The notes beneath the pieces were generated by a model, which saw nothing but the letters and a program-made list of their open reading frames with translations, did no database searches and was not told where the DNA came from. 54,217 nucleotides of DNA from a virus (lineage: Duplodnaviria; Caudoviricetes), in the IMG/VR virus record IMGVR_UViG_3300031965_000040, positions 1 to 54,217 of that record; one strand, written 5' to 3'. The first letter of the stretch is position 1. Each line of letters begins with the position of its first letter. Positions 1 through 8,796 of this stretch are shown piece by piece. Position numbers and translations under genes: made by a program.

Positions 1-172
1 CGCATCTCGAGCACGAACTCAACGGTTGCCCCCCGCCGCCAGTCACAGGCCCGCGCCCAGGCGCCGAGTGGGTGACGGTCTCGCAGGCTTACTGGATGCT
101 GGGTCGTCAAACGCTGGTGGGCGGCCTGGGGCCGTTCAAGCCGCTCACTCACGTCAAGTGCGCCCGGACTCC
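1..172 (+). repeat. Terminal direct repeat, left copy (matches 54046-54217)
   Basis: 172 bp identical except positions 17, 18 and 46. Confidence 0.97.
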
Positions 173-308
173 TGGGGTTGGTGGCCGCAGACCACTGCTG
201 TTCAAGCGCCGCGATGTCGAACGCATGGCCCTGCTGAGGCGTGAAGCGGGGCTTTCCGTAAGCGCTGCCGCGCGCGTCGTCGCGGCCGAGAACGCGGGGC
301 TGATATGA
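1..308 (+). CDS. Hypothetical protein, possibly DNA-binding; 3' part of a gene starting at ATG 54036 across the junction
   Basis: Frame MNRAHLEHE(I/L)NGCPPPPV(I/T)GPRPGAEWVTVSQAYWMLG continues into ORF 72..308; its ATG overlaps the stop of the 53884 gene. Confidence 0.6.
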   Translation, partial: HLEHELNGCPPPPVTGPRPGAEWVTVSQAYWMLGRQTLVGGLGPFKPLTHVKCARTPGVGGRRPLLFKRRDVERMALLRREAGLSVSAAARVVAAENAGLI

Positions 309-526
309 GCTTCGACGACGATTGCCAGACGAATGAATGGCATGAGCTGCGCATCAAGCGGTGTCGCTCGTGTCGCGCGAAGATCATCTGGTTCACCGAG
401 GCGGGCAAGAACATGCCGGTCGACAGCGACACCGTCGCGCCGGAGGACACTGAGCTCGACCTGTCGCGGCACGAAAGCCACTTCGCTTCATGCCCCTCGG
501 CTTCGCAGCATCGGCGGGCGCGGTGA
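305..526 (+). CDS. Small Zn-binding phage protein (CxxC...HFASC)
   Basis: CRSCRAKIIW...MPVD...SHFASCP pattern typical of small phage proteins; ATGA overlap with upstream gene. Confidence 0.75.
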   Translation: MSFDDDCQTNEWHELRIKRCRSCRAKIIWFTEAGKNMPVDSDTVAPEDTELDLSRHESHFASCPSASQHRRAR

Positions 527-1482
527 GCGACGACGAGTTGGTTCGTTCGCTCGACTGGCACGTCGGACACATCCGCGAAAGCTGGAACGCCAGCGTCGAG
601 AGCATCATCGAGACCGGCAGGCGCGTGCAGGTCGCGCTCAGTGAACTTCCGCACGGCGAGAAGGCGACGCTCTGGGAACGGCTGCCGTTCGGTGAACGGA
701 CAGGACAACGGTTAGTCGCTATCGGGTTGCATCCGCATATCTCGAATCCGACACATGTGTCGGTTTTGCCCCCGTCGTGGGGCACGCTGTACGAGCTGAC
801 GAAACTCACCGACGAACAATGGGAGCGTGGCGTCTCCGAGGGCCTCATTCACCCCGGCATGGAGCGCAAGCACGTCAAGCAATTGCTCCCGGTCGAGCGT
901 GCCCGCGCACGGTCTGCCGACTATGACGTCAGTCGCGACTACTGCACGACCGAAGATCTCGAGAGCCTTGTTGGTGCAGGCTTCGCGACCATCTATGCAG
1001 ACCCGGCATGGCAGTACGGCAACCAGGGCACCCGCGGCGCAACCGGAGACCACTACAGCGGGATGAGCGTGGATGAAATTTGCGCGCTGCCGGTCGCGCC
1101 TGCTGCCGCGGAGAACGCACACCTTCACCTATGGACGACGAACGCCTTTTTGTTCGATGCGCGCCGCGTTATTGAGGCGTGGGGCTTCGAATACAAGAGC
1201 TGCTATGTCTGGGTGAAACCGCAAATCGGCATGGGCAACTACTGGCGCGTGTCGCACGAATTTCTGTTGCTGGGCGTGCGTGGCTCGCTTTCATTCGCTG
1301 ACAAGTCGCTGCGGAGCTGGGGCGAGTTTCGGCGCGCGCAGCACAGTGCAAAGCCAGAGCAAATTAGGGATCTCATTCACCGGGCGAGCCCAGGGCCACG
1401 GCTTGAGATGTTCGCTCGCCGAGCTGTCGAGGGCTGGACTTGCTGGGGCAACGAAATTCGCAGGGAGGTATTTGCCGCGTGA
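523..1482 (+). CDS. MT-A70 family adenine methyltransferase with N-terminal helical (DUF3102-like) domain
   Basis: IYADPAW, LHLWTTN, WGFEYKS, WVKPQIGMGNYWR.SHEFLL, HSAKP, LEMFAR..GW..WGNE motifs; GTG start at 523. Confidence 0.9.
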   Translation: MSDDELVRSLDWHVGHIRESWNASVESIIETGRRVQVALSELPHGEKATLWERLPFGERTGQRLVAIGLHPHISNPTHVSVLPPSWGTLYELTKLTDEQWERGVSEGLIHPGMERKHVKQLLPVERARARSADYDVSRDYCTTEDLESLVGAGFATIYADPAWQYGNQGTRGATGDHYSGMSVDEICALPVAPAAAENAHLHLWTTNAFLFDARRVIEAWGFEYKSCYVWVKPQIGMGNYWRVSHEFLLLGVRGSLSFADKSLRSWGEFRRAQHSAKPEQIRDLIHRASPGPRLEMFARRAVEGWTCWGNEIRREVFAA

Positions 1483-2087
1483 ATGCGTTCAAGAAGTGCC
1501 GCGAGCTCGAATCTGTGAGTCGTGAACACCTGGAGCGAGTCCATATGAAGGCCGTTGTCTATGACGGTCGATTCGTCAGAGTCGAGAAAGGCCCGCATGC
1601 ACACGAGATTCAGTCGACGCTCGGCGACTACTTTATGAACTCGGATGATGAAACTGCGTGGGCGGTCGAGCACAAATGCGAGTACTCGAACCGGCATGGA
1701 AACTTTTTTCTAGAAACGTTTAGCAATAAGTCGCGCGGTCGGCCTGGGTGGCTATGGACACAGGGCGCCGACATCTTGCTATACCACTTTCTGCGCGATG
1801 GTGAAGTGTATTGGCTAAGGCTCAAGGCGCTGCGCGCGTGGCTATACGGGCACGTTGAAATAAATGGGCGGATGCAGCCGCGAATACACGCCTACCCAGA
1901 GCGGCAACAGGCGCGCTACGACCAACTCAACGACACCTGGGGCTATTGCGTAACCATCGCCGACATTTGCGCCGGGATGAATGTTACGCGTTACGACGTG
2001 GAGCCCGTGCTCCTGGACCAATATGAAGTGCTTCTTGATTCGGAGCGCGCGGCTCGAAGCAACGGGCAAGAGGGGCTTTTCCAATGA
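1479..2087 (+). CDS. Putative PD-(D/E)xK nuclease-fold protein
   Basis: GD..(x)..VEHKCE..GNFFLET.S....PGWL....ADILLY pattern; GTGA overlap with the methyltransferase. Confidence 0.6.
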   Translation: MNAFKKCRELESVSREHLERVHMKAVVYDGRFVRVEKGPHAHEIQSTLGDYFMNSDDETAWAVEHKCEYSNRHGNFFLETFSNKSRGRPGWLWTQGADILLYHFLRDGEVYWLRLKALRAWLYGHVEINGRMQPRIHAYPERQQARYDQLNDTWGYCVTIADICAGMNVTRYDVEPVLLDQYEVLLDSERAARSNGQEGLFQ

Positions 2088-2839
2088 GATCCCGCAACAT
2101 CAAGCCTGGGTTCTTCAAGAACGAGCAGCTCGCCGAGCTCTCGGCTGAGGCCCGACTGCTCTACATCGGTCTTTGGATGATGGCGGACCGCGAAGGGCGG
2201 CTCGAAGACCGTCCGAAGCGGATCAAGATGGAGATCTTCCCGGCCGATTCTTTCGACTGCGAGCCGTTTCTTTCCGGATTAGCAGACCGAGGATTGATAG
2301 TTCGCTACGGAATTAACGGTCATCAATACATAGAGATTCCGAAGTTTCTCGACCATCAACGGCCACATTACACCGAAAAAGACAGTCTTATTCCACCAAG
2401 GATTCCTGGAAAAGAGCCTCATGATGACCTCATTACTCCGGAGAACTCCGGAAAACCACCCCCAGGAAGGGGGGGTCACTCCGCTCTGAATCCTGATTTA
2501 TTGAATCCTGATTTACTGAATGGTCAGCATGGGCATGAAGAACGGAAAATCCCGGATTGGAGTTCCATCAAGAACCTCGACCTAGACTGGTGGCAAATCT
2601 GGCTCGCGCACCGGCGCGCTGAGCGCCATCGGCCCTACAAAACAACCCGCGTCGCCGAAGCGCTAGCGAAATTCCCCCAAGAAACCCAGCGCCTTGCGAT
2701 TGAGCAGTCGATGGCGAAGGGCTGGGTCGGCCTTTTCCCGGAGAAAATCAATGCGGAAAATTCAAGACGTGCTCCCGCGAGCACTCGCTTCGACGAGCAC
2801 ACCCGCCGCCTTGCGCAATGGTTCGAGCAGCGCCACTGA
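2084..2839 (+). CDS. Phage replication initiator / replisome organizer (lambda O analogue)
   Basis: N-terminal RSRNIKPGFFKNEQLAEL..ARLLYIGLW..ADREGRL; internal low-complexity repeat region; followed by a P-like gene. Confidence 0.85.
   Translation: MRSRNIKPGFFKNEQLAELSAEARLLYIGLWMMADREGRLEDRPKRIKMEIFPADSFDCEPFLSGLADRGLIVRYGINGHQYIEIPKFLDHQRPHYTEKDSLIPPRIPGKEPHDDLITPENSGKPPPGRGGHSALNPDLLNPDLLNGQHGHEERKIPDWSSIKNLDLDWWQIWLAHRRAERHRPYKTTRVAEALAKFPQETQRLAIEQSMAKGWVGLFPEKINAENSRRAPASTRFDEHTRRLAQWFEQRH
2395..2521. repeat. Putative replication origin inside the initiator gene
   Basis: TCC(T)GGARA-type short repeats at 2400-2456 and an AT-rich 15-bp tandem repeat TGAATCCTGATTTA at 2487 and 2502, partial at 2517. 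Confidence 0.55.
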
Positions 2840-3209
2840 TGAGCGCGCAATCGTTGCCTGGCAAGGGCTCAAGGAGATTTTCGGCTGGTCGTTCATCACG
2901 ATGTACGGCGGTGAGCCGAGCGCTCTGTGGCTGGCAGCAATCGCCGAGCTCACCGATGAGCAAGTCATGGCCGGCTTGAAACGCCTTGCGACCGGCGCGC
3001 CCCGCGAATACCCGTGCAATCTCCCGGAGTTCGTCAACGCCTGCAAGCCAAGGTCCGACGGCGTGCGCTACCTCGGCGTGCCAGAAACGCAGCAGGAACG
3101 GCAGTTGCGATTGTCCCGGCAGAAAGCCGACCCGGAGACCGCCGGGCACCATTTGCAGAGCATCCGACGGAAGCTGCGCGCGTCTCGCCGAGGACCCGAT
3201 GACCTCTAA
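2751..3209 (+). CDS. Helicase loader, lambda P-like
   Basis: YGGEPSALW...L...Q...GL......PCNLPEF...C pattern; position directly after the initiator. Confidence 0.7.
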   Translation: MRKIQDVLPRALASTSTPAALRNGSSSATDERAIVAWQGLKEIFGWSFITMYGGEPSALWLAAIAELTDEQVMAGLKRLATGAPREYPCNLPEFVNACKPRSDGVRYLGVPETQQERQLRLSRQKADPETAGHHLQSIRRKLRASRRGPDDL

Positions 3210-3423
3210 CCGCCACCACCGCCTCCTGGCAATGCTCGCAGAGCCGCCGGCAACAATCCGCTACGCCTGGCTGTCCACAGACGCCGGCGACCACTTCATC
3301 GTCGCTATCGCAATCCGCGGCATCGGCTCGGCCGAGTTCAGAGTCGCGCGGGAGCGCTACGACCCGGTGAAGTTACTGGAGTTCATCGCATCTCAACCCC
3401 AACCCGGAGACCACCCATGCTGA
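3199..3423 (+). CDS. Hypothetical protein
   Basis: ORF with GAGG upstream of ATG 3199, packed within the operon. Confidence 0.6.
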   Translation: MTSNRHHRLLAMLAEPPATIRYAWLSTDAGDHFIVAIAIRGIGSAEFRVARERYDPVKLLEFIASQPQPGDHPC

Positions 3424-3974
3424 CCATCGACAACCGCCCGTGCAAAATTGGAAATTCCATCAACCTGCGCACAGAACGCCACGGCGACGAGGACGTGCCC
3501 GCCTGCGACATCCCGCTCGCCGGCATCATGCTGCAGCCCGACGAGCTCAACGCGCTGCTCGATGATTCCCGCGCCCACAAAGCGCTGTTCACCCAGGCCA
3601 AGAACGGCAAACCGGCCGAGCCCGCGTTCCAGAAGTTCAAGGCGTTCGCGATGAAGGACAAGTTCGAGGGTGCCGCGGTGGTGCTGATCGTGGGGCTGAC
3701 TGAGACCGAAATCGAGCTCGGCGAAGTCAATCTCGCGCGCATCATGCTCGAGCCGCAGGTCGGTGGCATGACCGAAGTCTCGCTGCAAGTTCAGGCGAAG
3801 CCCGACTCGGATGATCTCGCGCATCTCGTGCAGTTCATGAACCACGACGCCAACGTCACGATCCAATTCGGCAAGCTGGTGGAGTCGAAGAAAAGCAAGC
3901 AGCAGCAGCTCGGGTTGTCGGTCGGGAAGAACGGCGATAGCGATGACTCTGGCGCGGAGGCGAGGACGCATTGA
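3417..3974 (+). CDS. Hypothetical phage protein
   Basis: 185-aa ORF with GGAG SD; INLRTERHGDEDVPACDI N-terminus. Confidence 0.75.
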   Translation: MLTIDNRPCKIGNSINLRTERHGDEDVPACDIPLAGIMLQPDELNALLDDSRAHKALFTQAKNGKPAEPAFQKFKAFAMKDKFEGAAVVLIVGLTETEIELGEVNLARIMLEPQVGGMTEVSLQVQAKPDSDDLAHLVQFMNHDANVTIQFGKLVESKKSKQQQLGLSVGKNGDSDDSGAEARTH

Positions 3975-4456
3975 CGGATCTGTTCGCACCGGCTGATTCC
4001 ATAGGCCGCGTGGCCATCGCTTCGCTGCGCCGCGGTCACAAGGCCAAGCGTCGCTCCGAGGGCAAGCAGAGCAACGTCGGCGAGCGGGAGTTCGCGTGGC
4101 AGTGCATGGCCCGACAGCTCCCGGTCCCCGTGTCCAAATTCGTGCGAGACGGCAAGCAGTATCGGCTGCTGCGCACCAAGCAGGTTCCGCGCAAGGACGG
4201 CAAGAACATTCCGAGCCGCTGGTACTTCGACTTCGTGTGGCCCGAGTACCAGCTCATCACGGAGATCGATGGCGGCGTATGGATCGGCGGCGCGCACGCA
4301 CATCCGCTAGACCTGACGCGCAACATGGAGAAGCGCAACGACGCGGCGCTCGCCGGCTTCGTGATTCTGTCGTTCACGCCGCGACAGGTGAAGCAGGGCG
4401 AGGCCATCGACATGACGATTCGCGTGTTGAGCGCGCGCGGTTGGAAGGCAGCATGA
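3971..4456 (+). CDS. Vsr/DUF559-like endonuclease (nin-region nuclease)
   Basis: RWYFDFVWP..LITEIDGGVW.GGAH....EKRN.A...G..IL.FT motif. Confidence 0.8.
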   Translation: MTDLFAPADSIGRVAIASLRRGHKAKRRSEGKQSNVGEREFAWQCMARQLPVPVSKFVRDGKQYRLLRTKQVPRKDGKNIPSRWYFDFVWPEYQLITEIDGGVWIGGAHAHPLDLTRNMEKRNDAALAGFVILSFTPRQVKQGEAIDMTIRVLSARGWKAA

Positions 4457-4728
4457 GCACTCTCGGCCCCGGCGTGCGCGTGTGGATCGGGTGGTCTCCG
4501 CCGGAATTCAATTGCGGTCAGAGCCCCTGTTTGCGCACCGGCACGATCGTTTCGGGCCCTTACGCTCGCGAGATGCCAGTGGAGCTTTGCGCGTGGCTCG
4601 CCGATACGTGGTGGTTTGTCAATGCCGATGGCGACCAGTACGCGATCGTCGAGAAGCTCTTGTTCCCCATCGACGACGGCGACCCGTTCGCGGTTGAGCG
4701 AGAGCAGGAAGTCGAGGTAGCGGCGTGA
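4453..4728 (+). CDS. Hypothetical protein
   Basis: ATGA overlap; ends LFPIDDGD..EVAA. Confidence 0.6.
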   Translation: MSTLGPGVRVWIGWSPPEFNCGQSPCLRTGTIVSGPYAREMPVELCAWLADTWWFVNADGDQYAIVEKLLFPIDDGDPFAVEREQEVEVAA

Positions 4729-4750
4729 CTACGCTTGAGCAAACCTGAAT

Positions 4751-5362
4751 ATGGCCGCGGTTATGCGCATGGACGCCGAAGCTACCGCTTTCGAGTACGC
4801 CGAACAGAGGTTAACCGAATGGGGTGTCGCGTGCGGTAATGCGGGCGCTGCCGTTGGCTTGTCGAAAAAACAGTCGACGATCGAGCGCATCGCGGAGCAG
4901 CGCCACATCCTCGAGGGCGCGCATCGCGAATTAAAGCGCGAGATCAGGCGAGTCACGCGCATCGGGCGTGGCCGCAAGGTAAAGCAACTGGAGCCTCGAT
5001 GGATGGAGTGTCCCGGTTGCCGCAAGTGGTTTCGATCGCAACGTACCTGCACGCACTGCGGCCGCGATGCATTGACCGCTGACGGCAAGCCGAGCATCAC
5101 GTTCAAGCTGCCGTCCTTCGGGCTTTCAAGCGCAGTCGTTGAGATCGAGTCGATCGTCAACATCTTGCCGCGGTGGATGCGGGCCATACTGCGGCGGACG
5201 TACCTGTGCGGGGAATCGGATAGTTTCGCGGCCGATGGGCTTAAGATCCGCGAGGCCGAGTTCACCCACCGTAGGCGTTGCGCGGTGCAGCGTGTTGCAG
5301 ACAGGCTGGAGCGGCGGTATAGTCGGCCACGTTCGACGTCCACCGTCCGTAGCGGTGAGTAG
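4751..5362 (+). CDS. Putative Q-like late antiterminator with a Zn-ribbon insert
   Basis: RLTEWG N-terminus, LPRWMRAILRRTY C-terminal HTH region, CPGC/CTHC insert; last early gene before terminators and the late genes. Confidence 0.6.
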   Translation: MAAVMRMDAEATAFEYAEQRLTEWGVACGNAGAAVGLSKKQSTIERIAEQRHILEGAHRELKREIRRVTRIGRGRKVKQLEPRWMECPGCRKWFRSQRTCTHCGRDALTADGKPSITFKLPSFGLSSAVVEIESIVNILPRWMRAILRRTYLCGESDSFAADGLKIREAEFTHRRRCAVQRVADRLERRYSRPRSTSTVRSGE

Positions 5363-5460
5363 GCCCGCCCGATACCTCTGCCTCGGGATCACGGGACAAT
5401 CCTTGGGAGACGTGCGCCCTGGAGAAACGTGGCCTACACGACGATTCGAGCAACACCCAG

Positions 5461-5482
5461 CCCCGCACCGCGGGGTTTTTTG
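5461..5482 (+). terminator. Intrinsic terminator (tR'-like)
   Basis: CCCCGC-ACC-GCGGGG followed by TTTTTT. Confidence 0.8.
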
Positions 5483-5494
5483 TTAACTGCGTCA

Positions 5495-5522
5495 TTGACG
5501 AACCCGAGAATATTCGTACTAT
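5495..5522 (+). promoter_or_regulatory. Sigma70-like promoter of the moron gene
   Basis: TTGACG-N16-TACTAT. Confidence 0.5.
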
Positions 5523-5607
5523 TGGGAGGTCGCAATAAAGCGAACCCCAGCAGGATGTGACGGTCCTGCCAGGGTTCTGACCCGCCACACCTAACCGGAG
5601 GCATGAC

Positions 5608-5922
5608 ATGGCTGCAACTGATCTTATCAAATCTTTGTTCGCTCGCAGACTGACACACACGGGAATCGTTCGCGGCGCCGATTGCAGGACGCCAGACGGC
5701 TACAGGCGCGAGGTCAAGCTCAAGTGGAAGGGATTACTTTGTATCGCGGAGAATGGCAGGGCTTATCACAGTAGAGACGGTTATCCCCTCACGTACGACT
5801 GGCCGCTATACAAGCTGGACATTGACTCCGTGCGACCGCTGGAGACTTCGCCGGGAGTTTTAAGGCGGTTGTTGAGCGCGGTGGCTGGATACCTGCAAAC
5901 ACCCGTGATACACCGACGCTGA
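5608..5922 (+). CDS. Moron-like hypothetical protein
   Basis: GGAGG SD; flanked by its own promoter and two terminators. Confidence 0.65.
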   Translation: MAATDLIKSLFARRLTHTGIVRGADCRTPDGYRREVKLKWKGLLCIAENGRAYHSRDGYPLTYDWPLYKLDIDSVRPLETSPGVLRRLLSAVAGYLQTPVIHRR

Positions 5923-5947
5923 CGGTCTGACGAAGTAGTTTTCACCG

Positions 5948-5969
5948 AGCCCCCATCCGGGGGCTTTTT
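5948..5969 (+). terminator. Intrinsic terminator
   Basis: AGCCCCC-ATCC-GGGGGCT followed by TTTT. Confidence 0.8.
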
Positions 5970-5985
5970 CATATCTGGAGATTTC

Positions 5986-8796
5986 ATGAAGCGCTTCATT
6001 GCGAGAGCCGTTGTCGTCTTGGCGATACTGGCGATCTCTCCGCTCGCCATTGCTCAGTTTTGGGAAGCGATACGGCTAGGCGCGCAGAACTGGCAGGCCG
6101 AGCAAGCGGACGGCACGGTCATTTCGCTGCATCAGTCCGAAGCCGAGGCGGTCGAGAGCTGCCAGCGCTGGGCACTCGACAACATTCAGGACGATATCGT
6201 TCCGGTCTGCATCACGCGGCACAACGGGACGATATGGCGCCCGACGACGGCACTGGCGCAGACGATCATCAACGCCGGGAAGTTCACGGCCACGGACAGC
6301 GGGGTCATCGACACCCGCTACCCCGACGGCGACGACGGTGCCGCTCCCACCTTCGAGTGGGCGACGATCCCGAGCTTTACCAACAAGGTCGAAGGCACTC
6401 CGTTTACCGTTGACCTTCGAGCAACGTATCTGACCGAGCCTGGAACGCCTGACGCCACGCTCTCGATCATCGGCTGTACGCTATCGGGTGGCTGGTCATT
6501 CGTGAGCCCTGATCTGGCTTACAGCGACACGGGCACGGCGTCTTTGACTGGCTGCCAAGCTCGCGCGGTACGTGAAGGGGTGACGGTTGATAGCAATGCG
6601 TTCAGCGTCGAGTCGGTAGCCGCCGAAACTCCTGGCACGGACACGACAGCGCCGACGCAGATCGTCATAAAGGCTGTGGATCTAGACGGCAGCGATCAGC
6701 CGGTCATCAGTTTTTACGCTCCAGCCGATCCGGAGGTTGCCGACGAAGATGTTTCAGGTCTCGCCACCTTCACCGTTCTGAGAGACGGTACTCCACTAAC
6801 GCCGACTGCTTTTACGGGCTCCGATACTCCGGGCTTGACTTACACAGCAGCCACGGTCGGGACGGTCAATAACCCGAGCAACAGTCCAGACCCTCCCCTT
6901 GGAGTTGATTTCACGATAGGAGCCGATGGCGGGAACAGCATTGACGGCTCTAATTTCCATTGGGTCTACGCACCTGTTGCTGGAGATTTTACCTCCATAA
7001 TCAAGGTGACGAGCGAGACTGGCGGAACCCAAGCCAATCGGGGAGGGAATCTCTGTGTGCGTGAAGGCACCGCCGCGGGCTCACGCCAGGTCTGTATTCA
7101 CCATCACGCCGATAGCGGCAATGTCCGATCTTACACGCGAAACACTACTGACGGTGCGGTCGTTCAAGACGGTTTGACGGCTTTCACGGCTCCAGGGTGT
7201 CTTGCCATTACGCGCATAGGATCTGTTATCACGACGCTTTCTAGCGACGACACAGACTGCCGCAACTTAGCCACGAACCTGAGCCAGACGCTCAATCTGA
7301 ATCCAACTGTTCTGGTCGGTCCTGCCTCAAATTCCAATCAGAACGGCACGCCGGTATCTGTCGTCAACGCCAATGTGACGCTCAACACGCTCCCGGTTCA
7401 GTCATTCACCGATACCGGAGCAACTGCCGGCACTACACCGAGCTACACGATTATCAGCGACGACGTTGATGGTAACGTAGCAACTGCCTCGGCCGCTGGC
7501 AGCATCGAGGTGCCTGCCGGGTCGCCCCCGACTGGCGACCGCTACTCGGATGAGTACACAGATCCGGTTGCTGGCGTTACTTTGCTCGGCGGGCGCACAA
7601 ATACTTCAGTCACAGTCGGGCAGCTCGCAACGGCGCTCGGCGACCAAGACTGCGGTGAGACCCTACAGCTTGCGGACGGCACGCATACCGGCAATCACAC
7701 GATCAACGCCACTTGTGCGGCGAACAATCCCTTTGTCGTCGAGTGCCTAAACGCTCTCCAATGCACTGCTACAGGCGCTTGGACGATGGGCGGGGCGAGA
7801 AATATCGTCACCGGGATATTGTTCTCCGGTACCGCAGTGCGGATCAATATCGGCGGCACGAATAACAAGTTTATCGCTAACGAGGTCACTGGTAGCAATG
7901 GCGGCCCGAATATTTCTCTTTCGCGCAACGGCTCGACGCCGGAGGTTGCCTATAACGAGATACACACTCCGGCTGGCTTTGGCGGTGCAACGACTGGCAA
8001 CCGACAAGCCATACGCACGGTGGATGACGGTCCGGCCGATTTCCCATACGACGGTTGGATTCATCACAACTACATTCACGATTGGATAGACAAGCCTGTT
8101 CCTACTAACTACTCATCCGGTCAAACGGACGCGATCGAGATTTGCGAGACTTCTCGGTTCGACTATCCGACCATCGATAGCGGCTACTGGATAGAGTACA
8201 ACCGGATCGAAGATCATCCGCAAGGCACACAAATCGGCGCGGCTACCGTCGATTTCAAGTGCGGTGGCGTAGTTGCCGCCTACAACACCTTCATCAACGT
8301 GCCCGGAAACCTGGATCAGCGCGGCGGGACGTTGCACGGCTCGATATTCGAGAGCAACTATTTCGACGTGAACAGCGACGGGATGCGCGCCCACGGTTAT
8401 GACAACGTGTTCATCGGCAACGCCATCAAGAACACGGGTGCATACGATGTCATGTCTGGCAATCTGACTGGAAATCCCGTGTGCAGCCAGCAAAACCAGG
8501 CTGGCGGACACTCGTGCGCGAGTGACAACCGATTCTCAGGCAATGAGGGCAAGCTGATTGTCGGTAAGTTCTTCAACCCCGAAGGAAACTATGACGAGCC
8601 CGCCCGAAATACACTCATCGAGCAGCATACCGGCGCGATCTCTTTGATTGCCGGGCATCACACCGGAACCGTCGATAATCGAAACAGCGACACGGCACTC
8701 CCCTTCACACCCGCTGCTATTCTACCGACGACGGCGGTAGGTCCTGATGCGCTCGATGACGCGAGTGCGGCGTACAAGGCGGCGCGAGGCTTTTGA
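5986..8796 (+). CDS. Signal-peptide-bearing multidomain fibre/depolymerase: Ig/FnIII-like, lectin-like beta-sandwich, and PL6 (chondroitinase B/alginate lyase)-like beta-helix
   Basis: MKR + hydrophobic core + AIA|Q; DTTAPT/LRDG/SFTDTG FnIII motifs; WIHHNYIHD, IEYNRIE, FKCGG..YNTF...LDQRGG; 16 Cys. Confidence 0.7.
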   Translation: MKRFIARAVVVLAILAISPLAIAQFWEAIRLGAQNWQAEQADGTVISLHQSEAEAVESCQRWALDNIQDDIVPVCITRHNGTIWRPTTALAQTIINAGKFTATDSGVIDTRYPDGDDGAAPTFEWATIPSFTNKVEGTPFTVDLRATYLTEPGTPDATLSIIGCTLSGGWSFVSPDLAYSDTGTASLTGCQARAVREGVTVDSNAFSVESVAAETPGTDTTAPTQIVIKAVDLDGSDQPVISFYAPADPEVADEDVSGLATFTVLRDGTPLTPTAFTGSDTPGLTYTAATVGTVNNPSNSPDPPLGVDFTIGADGGNSIDGSNFHWVYAPVAGDFTSIIKVTSETGGTQANRGGNLCVREGTAAGSRQVCIHHHADSGNVRSYTRNTTDGAVVQDGLTAFTAPGCLAITRIGSVITTLSSDDTDCRNLATNLSQTLNLNPTVLVGPASNSNQNGTPVSVVNANVTLNTLPVQSFTDTGATAGTTPSYTIISDDVDGNVATASAAGSIEVPAGSPPTGDRYSDEYTDPVAGVTLLGGRTNTSVTVGQLATALGDQDCGETLQLADGTHTGNHTINATCAANNPFVVECLNALQCTATGAWTMGGARNIVTGILFSGTAVRINIGGTNNKFIANEVTGSNGGPNISLSRNGSTPEVAYNEIHTPAGFGGATTGNRQAIRTVDDGPADFPYDGWIHHNYIHDWIDKPVPTNYSSGQTDAIEICETSRFDYPTIDSGYWIEYNRIEDHPQGTQIGAATVDFKCGGVVAAYNTFINVPGNLDQRGGTLHGSIFESNYFDVNSDGMRAHGYDNVFIGNAIKNTGAYDVMSGNLTGNPVCSQQNQAGGHSCASDNRFSGNEGKLIVGKFFNPEGNYDEPARNTLIEQHTGAISLIAGHHTGTVDNRNSDTALPFTPAAILPTTAVGPDALDDASAAYKAARGF

